Of a stretch of 64,000 nucleotides of DNA, positions 1-9,040 are shown one piece after another. The DNA comes from an uncultured bacterium. Its GTDB lineage: Bacteria; CSSED10-310; CALFER01. A program made the translations under genes and the position numbers. Location of the stretch: contig CALFER010000034.1 of NCBI GenBank assembly GCA_937951895.1, forward strand, positions 137,674 to 201,673, read 5' to 3'. How positions within the stretch are numbered: position 1 is the stretch's first letter; every line of letters begins with the position of its first letter. The notes under the pieces are model-generated. The model saw only the letters and a program-made list of their open reading frames with translations, was not told where the DNA came from and made no database searches.

Positions 1-753
1 CTGATTGTTTTCCAGTCGGATCTCCGCCTGCTCGTCATGGCCGGCATCAGCGGCGCACCGTTCCGAATCGGTTACAATCGCATGTCCGAGGGGCTGCTGT
101 TGACACATGCCGTATCCGATATCGAAGGCATGCCGTCCCATCTTCATCACCTCAGACTACTCGAACCACTCGGCATCAAGCCCTGTTTCATCTCGCCGGA
201 ACTGGTACCTCCCCCTGAAGATATCGCCTCGACACACTCCATCCTCGCCGGACTCGCACCGGACAGAAAGATCATCGTTATTCACCCGGGTGGCGCAAAA
301 AACGGGAATCCATGGCCACTCGAGAGCCTGATTCGAACCTGCCGGGGACTGACGGACGACGGACACCAGATCCTGGTCATCGCGGACCCCATGGAGACGG
401 GATTACTGACGGAGTTGTCCAAACAACTGACGCCGGGCATGATCCAGATCTGGAATTATCCGACCATCGGTGAAACGATGGCACTCGCCCGAAAAACCGA
501 TCTGTTCATCGGACTGGATTCCGGCGCCGGTTACGTGTTTGCAGTCATGAACACACCGACCATCATTCTGACAGGCACCCGTTCGCCCCGCGACTCGTTT
601 CTCGGGTCCAACGTCACCTTCGCACTCCCGGACCAGTCCTGTCCGGGCTGCCGACTGGAAACACCCGAGATTCACATGCCTTGCACGTGTGTCGAACTGA
701 TCCAGGCTGAGCAGATTGTGAATATGGCCCGCCAGGCTTTCGGTTATCGATAG
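1..753 (+). CDS. Glycosyltransferase family 9 (ADP-heptose:LPS heptosyltransferase-like), 5'-truncated at the window edge
   Basis: Reading frame is open from nt 1 (no stop upstream of the first ATG at 37). C-terminal GT9 motifs KIIVIHPGGAKNGNPWPLE and DLFIGLDSGAGYVFAVMNTPTIIL resemble the WaaC/WaaF heptosyltransferase fold. Confidence 0.55.
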   Translation: MIVFQSDLRLLVMAGISGAPFRIGYNRMSEGLLLTHAVSDIEGMPSHLHHLRLLEPLGIKPCFISPELVPPPEDIASTHSILAGLAPDRKIIVIHPGGAKNGNPWPLESLIRTCRGLTDDGHQILVIADPMETGLLTELSKQLTPGMIQIWNYPTIGETMALARKTDLFIGLDSGAGYVFAVMNTPTIILTGTRSPRDSFLGSNVTFALPDQSCPGCRLETPEIHMPCTCVELIQAEQIVNMARQAFGYR

Positions 754-764
754 TCCGACGGGTT

Positions 765-2495
765 TCACATCCGTTCAACCGCTCGGATTCCGAGCAGTTC
801 GAGACCGCATCGAAGCGTCATCGCGACACTTCTGCAGAGTCTCAATCGCGCCGCGCGAATTTCCGGTCCCGGAGCATCCAGAACCCGATGATTGGTATAA
901 AACCCGTTGTACAGTTTCGCCAGCTCCCATAGATACAAAGCCAGACGGGACGGATTCAAATCCGCCGCCGCGTCGGAAAGACACCGGGGAAACCGCAACA
1001 GCTTTCGCAGGAGCGTCGTTTCTTCTTTCTGAGTGAGCCACCCGGTGATGCAGTCAGTGTCCGGGACCTCTCCGGCCCGGTTCAAGATCGACCGGATTCT
1101 CGCATGCGTGTATTGCAGATATGCACCGGTCGACCCATCGAACGACAGCGACCCGCGGGGATCGAAGTGGATATCCTTCAGAGCTCCAACCTTCAGGATG
1201 AAGTACTTGATCGCGCCTATCCCGATTGCCTCGGCAATGGATCGGCGATCAGCATCATCGATCTGCAGATGCGATTCTTCCATGACATCGAGCGCCATCC
1301 GGGTCATGTCGTCCATCAGGTTGTCCGCATCGATCACTTTGCCTTCACGGGATTTCATCTTGCCTTCCGGCAGATATACCATGCCATAGCTGAGATGGAC
1401 GCACTGCGCCGCCCATTCGAAACCGAGGCGTCCCAGTGCCGCGAAAAGCGCTTTGAAATGATAAATCTGCTCGGACCCGACCACATAGATCACCCTGTCA
1501 GGATGGTATCGTCTCGCACGGTCCACGGCGACGCCAAGATCCTGTGTCAGATACAACGACGTGCCATCCCCCCGCACAATGGCTTTTTCATCCAGTCCGA
1601 TATCGCGCAGATCGAACCAGATCGAGCCGTCTTCGCGACGGTAAAAGATTCCTTTCTGCACCCCATCGAGAGCGAGCGACTTGCCTTCCTGATACATGTC
1701 GCTCTCAAATTGCACCAGTTCGAATGTCGATCCCAGCCGCGCATACGTCTGCTCGAAACCCTCCGTCACCCATCGGTTCATCCGCTTCCAGAGATCACGC
1801 GTCGCCGGATCACCCGCCTCCCATGCGCGAAGCATTGCCCGGGCTTCCTCCATAAGGCTCTCATCCCCGCGCGATTCCTGATCGAACCGCACATAGGTCA
1901 TCCCGACGAAATGATCCCCTTTCATCCCGGCTGTTTCGGGCGTCTGCCCCTCGAAAAATTTCCGATACGCCACCATCGCCTTGCAGATGTGAATCCCGCG
2001 ATCGTTCAGAATCGACGCAGGAATGACGTCGTTGCCCATCGCTCTGAGCAGATTCACCACGGCAACTCCCAGCACATTGTTGCGGATGTGTCCTAGATGG
2101 AGGGGTTTGTTGGTATTGGGTGAGGAATACTCGACGATGACCCGTGCCGGAGTATCCTGTTTTTGCCATCCGAACCGGGTCTGCTCGGCGTCGATCTGGT
2201 CGAAAACCGTCCGTTCGAGAAACGCAGGGGTGAGTTTGATGTTGATATACGGTCCCGCGGGAATGATTGAATCCACCCATTCCGGGCGGTCCATGTTCGC
2301 AATCGTCCGTGCGATGTCCGCCGGGGATTTGCGGAAGAGTTTGGACATCGAGAAGCACTCCACGGCATAGTCCGCATCGATCGTCTCAGGCGGCATCCCG
2401 AACACAACGCTGTCCGGATCGCCTCCGAACTGACTCCGGCATTGAGCGCAGATCAATACTCTCAGCTCTTTTTCCATCTGTTGGATCGTCATCAT
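765..2495 (-). CDS. argS: Arginine--tRNA ligase
   Basis: 576 aa. Class I HIGH motif (PLHLGHIRN), KMSKS-like GKMKSREGK, DALR anticodon-binding C-terminus. Length typical of ArgS. Confidence 0.9.
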   Translation of the reverse strand: MMTIQQMEKELRVLICAQCRSQFGGDPDSVVFGMPPETIDADYAVECFSMSKLFRKSPADIARTIANMDRPEWVDSIIPAGPYINIKLTPAFLERTVFDQIDAEQTRFGWQKQDTPARVIVEYSSPNTNKPLHLGHIRNNVLGVAVVNLLRAMGNDVIPASILNDRGIHICKAMVAYRKFFEGQTPETAGMKGDHFVGMTYVRFDQESRGDESLMEEARAMLRAWEAGDPATRDLWKRMNRWVTEGFEQTYARLGSTFELVQFESDMYQEGKSLALDGVQKGIFYRREDGSIWFDLRDIGLDEKAIVRGDGTSLYLTQDLGVAVDRARRYHPDRVIYVVGSEQIYHFKALFAALGRLGFEWAAQCVHLSYGMVYLPEGKMKSREGKVIDADNLMDDMTRMALDVMEESHLQIDDADRRSIAEAIGIGAIKYFILKVGALKDIHFDPRGSLSFDGSTGAYLQYTHARIRSILNRAGEVPDTDCITGWLTQKEETTLLRKLLRFPRCLSDAAADLNPSRLALYLWELAKLYNGFYTNHRVLDAPGPEIRAARLRLCRSVAMTLRCGLELLGIRAVERM

Positions 2496-2600
2496 CGTTT
2501 TCGATTCTCCTGTTGCGGTACGGATCGGCCATGAATAGGCTTCCGGATTGAACCGGGGCTATATTAGCGTCATGAAACCGGCGGCACAACGCCGAATCGA

Positions 2601-3305
2601 TCATCCCAGGCGAAAGGTTCCGGATCTCTGCCCTGGTTTGATGATCTTCTGCAGCGACATGCCTCCGATGAATCCGCCGATATGGGCCCAGAAGGCGATT
2701 CCACCGAAGGAGGACGCGCCTGCCATCAACGATGCGGTGCCGCTGAATATCTGTGACACGAACCAAACGAAGAGATACACGACGGCCGGCACTTCAAAAA
2801 ACAGCGGATAGAAGAACACCGGGATCAACACGAGAATTCGGGAGCGCGGGAAGAGAAGGAAGTATGCGCCCATGACACCCGCAATCGCACCGCTCGCCCC
2901 GATCGTCGGCACCATCGATGTCGGGTTCAGCAGCACATGAACCATCATCGCCGCGATTCCCGACAGAACGTAAAACAACAGATATCGAATATGGCCCAGT
3001 CGGTCCTCGACGTTGTCACCGAACAGATACAGACTCCACATGTTCCCGATCAGGTGCATCCAGCCCGCATGCAGAAACATCGAACTGAAAACGGTTTTCA
3101 TTCCGCCGTTGGGCAGCAACTTCCAATTCATGACGGAAAAATCGAGCAATCTGCCGGGAATCAACCCCCAGTATCCGACAAATGCCTCGATGCCCCGCGG
3201 CGGGATTCTCAACATGTTCACAAACACATACACATTCAGGAGAATCAACAGAAAATTGACGATCGGTATTCGGCGGGCGGGGATCGTGTCCCGAATCGGT
3301 ATCAT
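2601..3305 (-). CDS. Rhomboid family intramembrane serine protease
   Basis: 234 aa, polytopic. Catalytic GASGAIAG serine motif and downstream HIGGFIGG histidine motif in separate TM helices. Confidence 0.8.
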   Translation of the reverse strand: MIPIRDTIPARRIPIVNFLLILLNVYVFVNMLRIPPRGIEAFVGYWGLIPGRLLDFSVMNWKLLPNGGMKTVFSSMFLHAGWMHLIGNMWSLYLFGDNVEDRLGHIRYLLFYVLSGIAAMMVHVLLNPTSMVPTIGASGAIAGVMGAYFLLFPRSRILVLIPVFFYPLFFEVPAVVYLFVWFVSQIFSGTASLMAGASSFGGIAFWAHIGGFIGGMSLQKIIKPGQRSGTFRLG

Positions 3306-3337
3306 ACCGGAAACCTCTCAACATCCAGTCCGTCGCG

Positions 3338-5002
3338 CTAGCGGGCAATATCCAGAATAGCAGGAATCGCCGTCTCGGTCCAAGTCCGACGCAGCTCGTC
3401 CGGAATCACAACCGCGCAGGGAAACGACCATAATCCGGAACGGTCAAGCCGGATCGGCGGCCCCTCGGCGATCCACTCACCGAACTGTTTCCGGAATGCT
3501 TCGGCATGTGCTGGGTCAACGATGAATCGGCATGATGCCGATTCGCATTTTTCGATGATCAACGGCAGGCGATCCGGGTGCGAGTACCAGCCGGTATCGT
3601 CCCAATCCACAATGGAAACACGCGCCAGACGCGATCGCGTCGCATACCAGAACGGGTAATGAAAATGATACACTTCATGAATCGTGGCGGAGAACAGATG
3701 CGGGAGGTCGGGAGCTTCCGCCAGGTCATAATGCAGGTCGGTGAGCAATGAATTGCCGGGTATCAACCGCCTGGAGCCCTCCGTGAACGATCGAGCCGCC
3801 AGTATCGACAACACGAGAACGACCGTGATGAACGCATACGATACCCAACGCCGGCTCCGGGAACGACCGACCACCACGAGCATTCGGCGAATCATCCAAT
3901 CGCCTCCCGCTCCGGCCTGAATCAGAAGAAACGGAAGGATCAGACTGAAGTAAGCACAACGCCACGGGCCGGTTTCGACCACTGCAATCACTCCCAGCCA
4001 AACCACGAAGTACAACGGGATCAATCGATACCGGATCCTGCTTCGTCCGGATACCCCGGCCAATATCCCCACGAGCAGAAACAGTGTTTCAATCGGTTGC
4101 AGCAAAGGAGCACCGGGTGATTGAAACAAACAATCCTGTGCGCGCCAGGCGAGCTGCCCGATCATCTGAGCCATCTGGGACATCGTCCAGGGGAACGGAT
4201 CCGTTGACCGGATGAACGTCTCGAAGTGCTTCATCCGCCACAATGCATACCATCTGAATTGCGTATGGTTGAGGAGAATCGGGATGGAAGTGATCGCCAT
4301 GCCGGTCAGAAAAACCAGCAAGTCGAGACCCGTTCGACGGATGGATCGCGATTGCTTCGTTCGTCCAGAACCGTATCCGCAGGCAGTCAGTGTTGCGGGA
4401 AGCGCGAGGTTGACGAGATTGGTCACGTACAATCCGAGTCCGAAGACGACACCTGCGACGAACACCCTGAGAAAAGATCGCGGAACGGGAGACCCGGCAA
4501 GCAGAATCATCCAGGAGAGCATGATCAGGATCGAAAGAAAATGACTGCTTGCGTAGGCGGGATACCGATCCCAGGTCAACAGTGTCGGGTTCGTCGCGAT
4601 GAACAGCCCCGCAATCCAGGCGGTGCGTTGGTTGAACATGCGTCTGGCGACCAGGATCACAGACAGTGTCAGAAGCACACCGGTGAATGCCCCGAGAAGT
4701 TGGAACGAACTCCAATCACGGCCGAACAGAAGGGTCCAGAGGTATGCCACATGTGCCGACCCCGTTTCGTCGAATTCGAACTGATACGGAGCGTACGGAA
4801 AGTGATGGAGCCCCTGATGGAAGTCCAATGTGAGAATTCCCAGGCGCGAACTGAGATCCTCGATGTACGGATTCATGGTCGTGATGTGTGTGAACCGGAG
4901 AAACGCCGCTGTGGCGGTGATACCGATCGCAACGATCAGAAAACGCGCGTTCACACGCATCGATTGCTCATTCCGAACCCCACACGCCTCCGATTCAGAC
5001 AC
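3338..5002 (-). CDS. Polytopic membrane protein, DUF2142-like / GT-C fold glycosyltransferase-like (paralog of 9041..10381)
   Basis: 554 aa with more than 10 predicted TM segments and a soluble C-terminal domain. First periplasmic loop motif QFEFDETGSAHVAYLW matches PFQCPDEPAHLAYVLY of the 9041..10381 protein. The true start may be the internal Met at 4960, which would avoid the 8-nt overlap with purMN. Confidence 0.5.
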   Translation of the reverse strand: MSESEACGVRNEQSMRVNARFLIVAIGITATAAFLRFTHITTMNPYIEDLSSRLGILTLDFHQGLHHFPYAPYQFEFDETGSAHVAYLWTLLFGRDWSSFQLLGAFTGVLLTLSVILVARRMFNQRTAWIAGLFIATNPTLLTWDRYPAYASSHFLSILIMLSWMILLAGSPVPRSFLRVFVAGVVFGLGLYVTNLVNLALPATLTACGYGSGRTKQSRSIRRTGLDLLVFLTGMAITSIPILLNHTQFRWYALWRMKHFETFIRSTDPFPWTMSQMAQMIGQLAWRAQDCLFQSPGAPLLQPIETLFLLVGILAGVSGRSRIRYRLIPLYFVVWLGVIAVVETGPWRCAYFSLILPFLLIQAGAGGDWMIRRMLVVVGRSRSRRWVSYAFITVVLVLSILAARSFTEGSRRLIPGNSLLTDLHYDLAEAPDLPHLFSATIHEVYHFHYPFWYATRSRLARVSIVDWDDTGWYSHPDRLPLIIEKCESASCRFIVDPAHAEAFRKQFGEWIAEGPPIRLDRSGLWSFPCAVVIPDELRRTWTETAIPAILDIAR

Positions 5003-6683
5003 GACCTGATCGAATCCAGCGATTCACCGCCCGGACATACAAACGATGCTCGACTGTCAACACTTTTGCGGCCAGAGTCCCGGCGGTGTCATCCGGTGAT
5101 ACCTCGACGATCTGCTGATCCAGTATCCGGCCGCGATCATACTCGTTATTCACCAGGTGCACGGTCGCGCCGGAATACTTCGCACCGCTCCTGATGACCG
5201 CTTCGTGGACTCGTTCACCATACATTCCAACCCCACCGAATGCAGGCAGGAGGGCCGGGTGGATGTTCAGCACGGGTATTCCGCAGACCGCGAGAAACCC
5301 GGCAGAGAGTCGCTTCATGTAGCCTGCCAGGCAGATCAGTTCAACACCGTGTTCTTTCATGATATCAAGGATGGCCTGATCGCGGGAAGATTCATCCGCA
5401 TGCGTTCGGGAGGAAAGATGATACGCCGGTATATTCTCACGCCGGGCGATGTCGAGAATACCGGCTCGGGAATTGTTCGAGATGACACAGACGATGTCGG
5501 CATCGAGTTCGTCGTTTTTGGAAGCCGTGACCAGCGCAGCCATGTTCGTGCCGCGACCGGATCCCAGAACCGCGATTTTCATTTTTCCGGTCGGCATCGC
5601 GTCGCTCCGGGTTCCCGCACCGGATCGCCGTTCCGGCGCGGTTCCTGTGGATCCCGTCTGAGCCCCCACATACCCGACTCCGGGTGAATCCGTGATCCGT
5701 CCGATTTCATACGAAACAAAACCGGATTTCTTCCAGGCATCCTGAAGGCGCGAGGCGGCGTGCGGATCCACCACCGCGATCAACCCCAGCCCCATATTGA
5801 ATGTCCGGTACATCTCGGAGTCATCGATCCGGGCTTCCTCGCGGAGGAGTTTCATCACGGGAGGAATCGGCCAGGAATCGATCAGGATCCGAGCGCCGAA
5901 ACGATCGGGGTAGGCCCGAGGCAAGTTGCCGGTGATGCCTCCACCGGTGATATGCGCGAATGATTTGACACCGGGGATACTGAGCGCGATTTGAACTTCA
6001 GGGACGTAGATCCGTGTCGGAGCGAGAAGCACATCGCCCAACGGCCTGTCTTCGCCGGGTATGGTTTGATCGAGAGGAAATCGGGCACGATCCTCGAAGG
6101 TCCGCCGGACCAGTGAGTACCCATTTGAGTGAAATCCGGTCGACGGCAACCCGATCAGGACATCTCCGGGTTCTACCCCATCGGGATTCAGGAGTCTGTC
6201 CCTGTCGACCATGCCGACAGCAAACCCCGCCAGATCATACTCACCCGCTCCATACATTCCGGGCATTTCTGCGGTTTCGCCTCCGAGCAGTGCACAGCGT
6301 GATTGCCGGCAACCCTCGACGATCCCGTCGATGACGCTCAGGTGAGTCTTCAGATCAAGTTTGCCTGTTGCGAGATAATCCAGGAAGAAGAGAGGTTTTG
6401 CGCCGCATACGATCAGGTCGTTGACATTCATGGCAACCAGATCGATTCCGATCGTATCATGCCGATCCAACTCGAAAGCCAGTTTGAGCTTGGTACCGAC
6501 ACCATCGGTACAACCGACAAGGATCGGGTCTTTCCATTCGGAGGGACCGAAATCGAACAAACCGGCGAAGGGACCGATACCGGATACGACCCCCTTCGCT
6601 TTCAACTGTTTTACGCGCGATTTGATCTGCTCGACAAAGGCATCACCCAGCGCAACATCGACACCCGCCTGTTTGTAATTCAT
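4995..6683 (-). CDS. purMN: Phosphoribosylformylglycinamidine cyclo-ligase (PurM) fused in-frame to phosphoribosylglycinamide formyltransferase (PurN)
   Basis: N-terminal 345 aa is PurM (MNYKQAGVDV..., GFHSNGYSL). A G/S/T/A-rich linker of about 28 aa (AQTGSTGTAPERRSGAGTRSDAMPTGK) follows, then a complete PurN (MKIAVLGSGRGTNMAAL..., HPSLLPAF-like NIHPALLPAFGG, folate-binding core). No in-frame stop separates the two. Confidence 0.8.
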   Translation of the reverse strand: MNYKQAGVDVALGDAFVEQIKSRVKQLKAKGVVSGIGPFAGLFDFGPSEWKDPILVGCTDGVGTKLKLAFELDRHDTIGIDLVAMNVNDLIVCGAKPLFFLDYLATGKLDLKTHLSVIDGIVEGCRQSRCALLGGETAEMPGMYGAGEYDLAGFAVGMVDRDRLLNPDGVEPGDVLIGLPSTGFHSNGYSLVRRTFEDRARFPLDQTIPGEDRPLGDVLLAPTRIYVPEVQIALSIPGVKSFAHITGGGITGNLPRAYPDRFGARILIDSWPIPPVMKLLREEARIDDSEMYRTFNMGLGLIAVVDPHAASRLQDAWKKSGFVSYEIGRITDSPGVGYVGAQTGSTGTAPERRSGAGTRSDAMPTGKMKIAVLGSGRGTNMAALVTASKNDELDADIVCVISNNSRAGILDIARRENIPAYHLSSRTHADESSRDQAILDIMKEHGVELICLAGYMKRLSAGFLAVCGIPVLNIHPALLPAFGGVGMYGERVHEAVIRSGAKYSGATVHLVNNEYDRGRILDQQIVEVSPDDTAGTLAAKVLTVEHRLYVRAVNRWIRSGRV

Positions 6684-6728
6684 TGGATGGTTCTCCAGTA
6701 TCAGGAAAAGGAATTCGCGTTCGACAGA

Positions 6729-7796
6729 CTATGTCTTCCGACCTCCGACTGCGCGCAGAAAACTGCCTCGATCGGAGATCCTGCTGAGCGTCATGTCGTA
6801 GCTGATGGTATTGGTGTTGAACAACTCCATCAATGACTGATCCATGGTCTGCATGCCGTCCTTGCGACTTCCCTGGATCAGACTGGTCAACTGATGCGTT
6901 TTACCCTCCCGGATCACGTTCGATATGGCCGAATTGCAGAACATGACCTCAACGGCCGGAACGCGTCCCTTCCCGTCTCCCGTCGGGATGAGTTGCTGGG
7001 AGATGACTCCGCGAAGCGCAACGGATAACATGACTCGGACGTGTTCCTGCTCTTCGACGGGAAACACATCGACCACCCGATCGATCGTCTTGATCGCCGA
7101 ATTCGTGTGAACGGTTGCAAATACAAGGATACCGGTTTCGGCGGCCGACAGGGTCAAACGAGTTGTTTCGAGGTCTCGCATCTCACCGACCAGAATGATG
7201 TCCGGATCCTGCCGCAACGCCGAGCGCAGTGCATCCGCAAAGCTCTCGGTGTGCATTCCGACCTCCCGCTGAGTCAGCAAACACCCGCGGCTGGTATGAA
7301 CGAACTCGATCGGATCCTCGATCGTAATGATATGTTTTTTCCCCTTCCGGTTGATCATGTCGATGAGCACAGCCAGGGTCGTGCTCTTGCCGGATCCGGT
7401 GGCGCCGGTAACCAAAACGAGACCCCGGTCGAGCTGGGAAAACTTGATGATGGATTGGGGCAGCCCGAGTTTTTCGATCGAGGTGGCATGATCCGGGATG
7501 ACGCGAAACACGGCGCTGATCCCGTTGGTCTGATGAAACATCGTGACCCGGAATCGGGACACATTGGGAATCTGATAGGCGAAATCGACTTCAAGATTGT
7601 CCAGGAACCGTTCCCGATTCGACTTGGTGAGTATCTCATAGAGGATCGTTTTACCGTCCTCGAGCGAAATGACTTCCTCCCGGAGATTGACCAGGTTGCC
7701 ATGAACACGAACCATCGGTTTGTTACCCGTGACAAAATGCAGATCGGAACCGCTTTTAAGAACAACTTCCTTTAAGAACTGATCGATGATCGCCAT
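6729..7796 (-). CDS. pilT: Type IV pilus retraction (twitching motility) ATPase PilT
   Basis: 355 aa. Walker A GATGSGKSTT, Asp box, Walker B DIILVGEMRD, His box ATVHTNSA. Full PilT-like N-terminal domain. Confidence 0.85.
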   Translation of the reverse strand: MAIIDQFLKEVVLKSGSDLHFVTGNKPMVRVHGNLVNLREEVISLEDGKTILYEILTKSNRERFLDNLEVDFAYQIPNVSRFRVTMFHQTNGISAVFRVIPDHATSIEKLGLPQSIIKFSQLDRGLVLVTGATGSGKSTTLAVLIDMINRKGKKHIITIEDPIEFVHTSRGCLLTQREVGMHTESFADALRSALRQDPDIILVGEMRDLETTRLTLSAAETGILVFATVHTNSAIKTIDRVVDVFPVEEQEHVRVMLSVALRGVISQQLIPTGDGKGRVPAVEVMFCNSAISNVIREGKTHQLTSLIQGSRKDGMQTMDQSLMELFNTNTISYDMTLSRISDRGSFLRAVGGRKT

Positions 7797-7803
7797 GGCA
7801 TCC

Positions 7804-8919
7804 TCACGGTTTCAGCTTGATCTGCGAGGTCTGGAATGTCTGCTTCGGATCTTTGCTCTGTCCCGTCAGCGTCTCCTCAAAATACTTCGGATCATGGGCA
7901 TGGACCATCGCCTCGTCCCGCTCGATCTTCCCCTCCTTGACCAGTTCCACCAGATGATCATCCATCAGTTGCATCCCCATTCCCTTGTTCATCTGCAGGA
8001 CACTCGGAAGCTGAAATGTCTTCCCTTCCCGGATCAGATTCGAGACGGATGGGGTGGCGAGCAGGATTTCACATGCCAGGACCAGTGATTTACCGGATTT
8101 GGCCTTGATGAGCTGTTGACAGATGACCCCCCGCAGAGACTCCGAAACCATGCTCCGGATCTGATTTTTCTGATTGCCGGGGAACACATCGATGATGCGG
8201 TCGATGGTTTTCGAGGCATCGAGAGTGTGGAGGGTTCCGAGCACGAGGTGTCCGGTTTCTGCGGCGGTGATCGCCATCGAGATCGTCTCGAGATCGCGCA
8301 TTTCACCGACGAGTATGATGTCGGGATCCGCCCGAAGCGCCTGACGCAAGGCGTTGGCGAACGAATGTGTATGCGTGCCGACCTCGCGCTGGTTCACCAT
8401 ACACCTCTCATTCTTGTGAATGAACTCAACCGGATCCTCAACCGTGATGACATGACGTTCCTGCGTTTTGTTGATCAGATTGATCAGAGCGGCCAGGGTC
8501 GAAGACTTGCCGCAACCCGAGGATCCTGTCACGAGGATGAGACCGTTGTTGTTCTTCACGAGATTACTGACGACTTGCGGCAATCCGAGTTCCCGCAACG
8601 TAGGAATCCGCGAAGGAATCGTATGGAAGTTGGAATCCAGACCCCGCCGGGATCGATACACGCTGACCCGGAACCGTAGTCCCGATGTCGTCGCATACGA
8701 AAACTCGATCTCATGGCGCGTGTTGACCAACCGCTCCCGTTGCTCCGCACTCAGGATTTCAAACAGCAACTCCCGAACGGTTTCGATCGTCAGGGCATCC
8801 TTCGAGATCGGGATCAGATCTCCATGCAACCGGACCAGAGGCGGAGTCCCGGTGGCGATATGGATATTCGAAGCTCCCGCCTGCACTGCCTTTTCGAGAA
8901 ATCGATCGATGACTGCCAT
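7804..8919 (-). CDS. pilU: PilT-family ATPase paralog (PilU-like) with a C-terminal extension
   Basis: 371 aa. Walker A GSSGCGKSST, DIILVGEMRD, GTLHTLDA. Sits immediately upstream of and co-oriented with pilT, with a 7-nt gap. Has a C-terminal tail of about 40 aa that pilT lacks. Confidence 0.75.
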   Translation of the reverse strand: MAVIDRFLEKAVQAGASNIHIATGTPPLVRLHGDLIPISKDALTIETVRELLFEILSAEQRERLVNTRHEIEFSYATTSGLRFRVSVYRSRRGLDSNFHTIPSRIPTLRELGLPQVVSNLVKNNNGLILVTGSSGCGKSSTLAALINLINKTQERHVITVEDPVEFIHKNERCMVNQREVGTHTHSFANALRQALRADPDIILVGEMRDLETISMAITAAETGHLVLGTLHTLDASKTIDRIIDVFPGNQKNQIRSMVSESLRGVICQQLIKAKSGKSLVLACEILLATPSVSNLIREGKTFQLPSVLQMNKGMGMQLMDDHLVELVKEGKIERDEAMVHAHDPKYFEETLTGQSKDPKQTFQTSQIKLKP

Positions 8920-8965
8920 CGTATCTCCTTGGTCGGTCGTCGCGTCCAGCCAGTTCCTTTTTTAA

Positions 8966-8975
8966 TTTATATCAG
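8966..8975 (-). promoter_or_regulatory. Putative extended -10 (TGaTATAAA) in the AT-rich region upstream of the pilU-like gene
   Basis: Minus-strand sequence ctGATATAAAtt lies about 45 nt upstream of the start codon, in the only AT-rich patch of this intergenic region. The -35 is weak. Confidence 0.3.
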
Positions 8976-9040
8976 AAATCCCATCCGATGAATAATCGTT
9001 TTTTGTCGAACGGCGATGAAACGCCGTCATATCAGGCCGA

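Noticed and set aside
1104-2096. 330-aa plus-strand ORF opposite argS, with further long antisense ORFs nearby (for example 1544..1855 and 1861..2358)
   Set aside because: Lies entirely antisense to a well-supported argS. Arg/Ser/Pro/His-rich composition typical of out-of-frame GC-rich DNA, with no motifs.
4226-5194. 322-aa plus-strand ORF
   Set aside because: Antisense to the DUF2142-like membrane protein gene. Highly charged, R/D/E/H-rich low-complexity translation; a GC artefact.
7041-7775. 244-aa plus-strand ORF
   Set aside because: Antisense to pilT.
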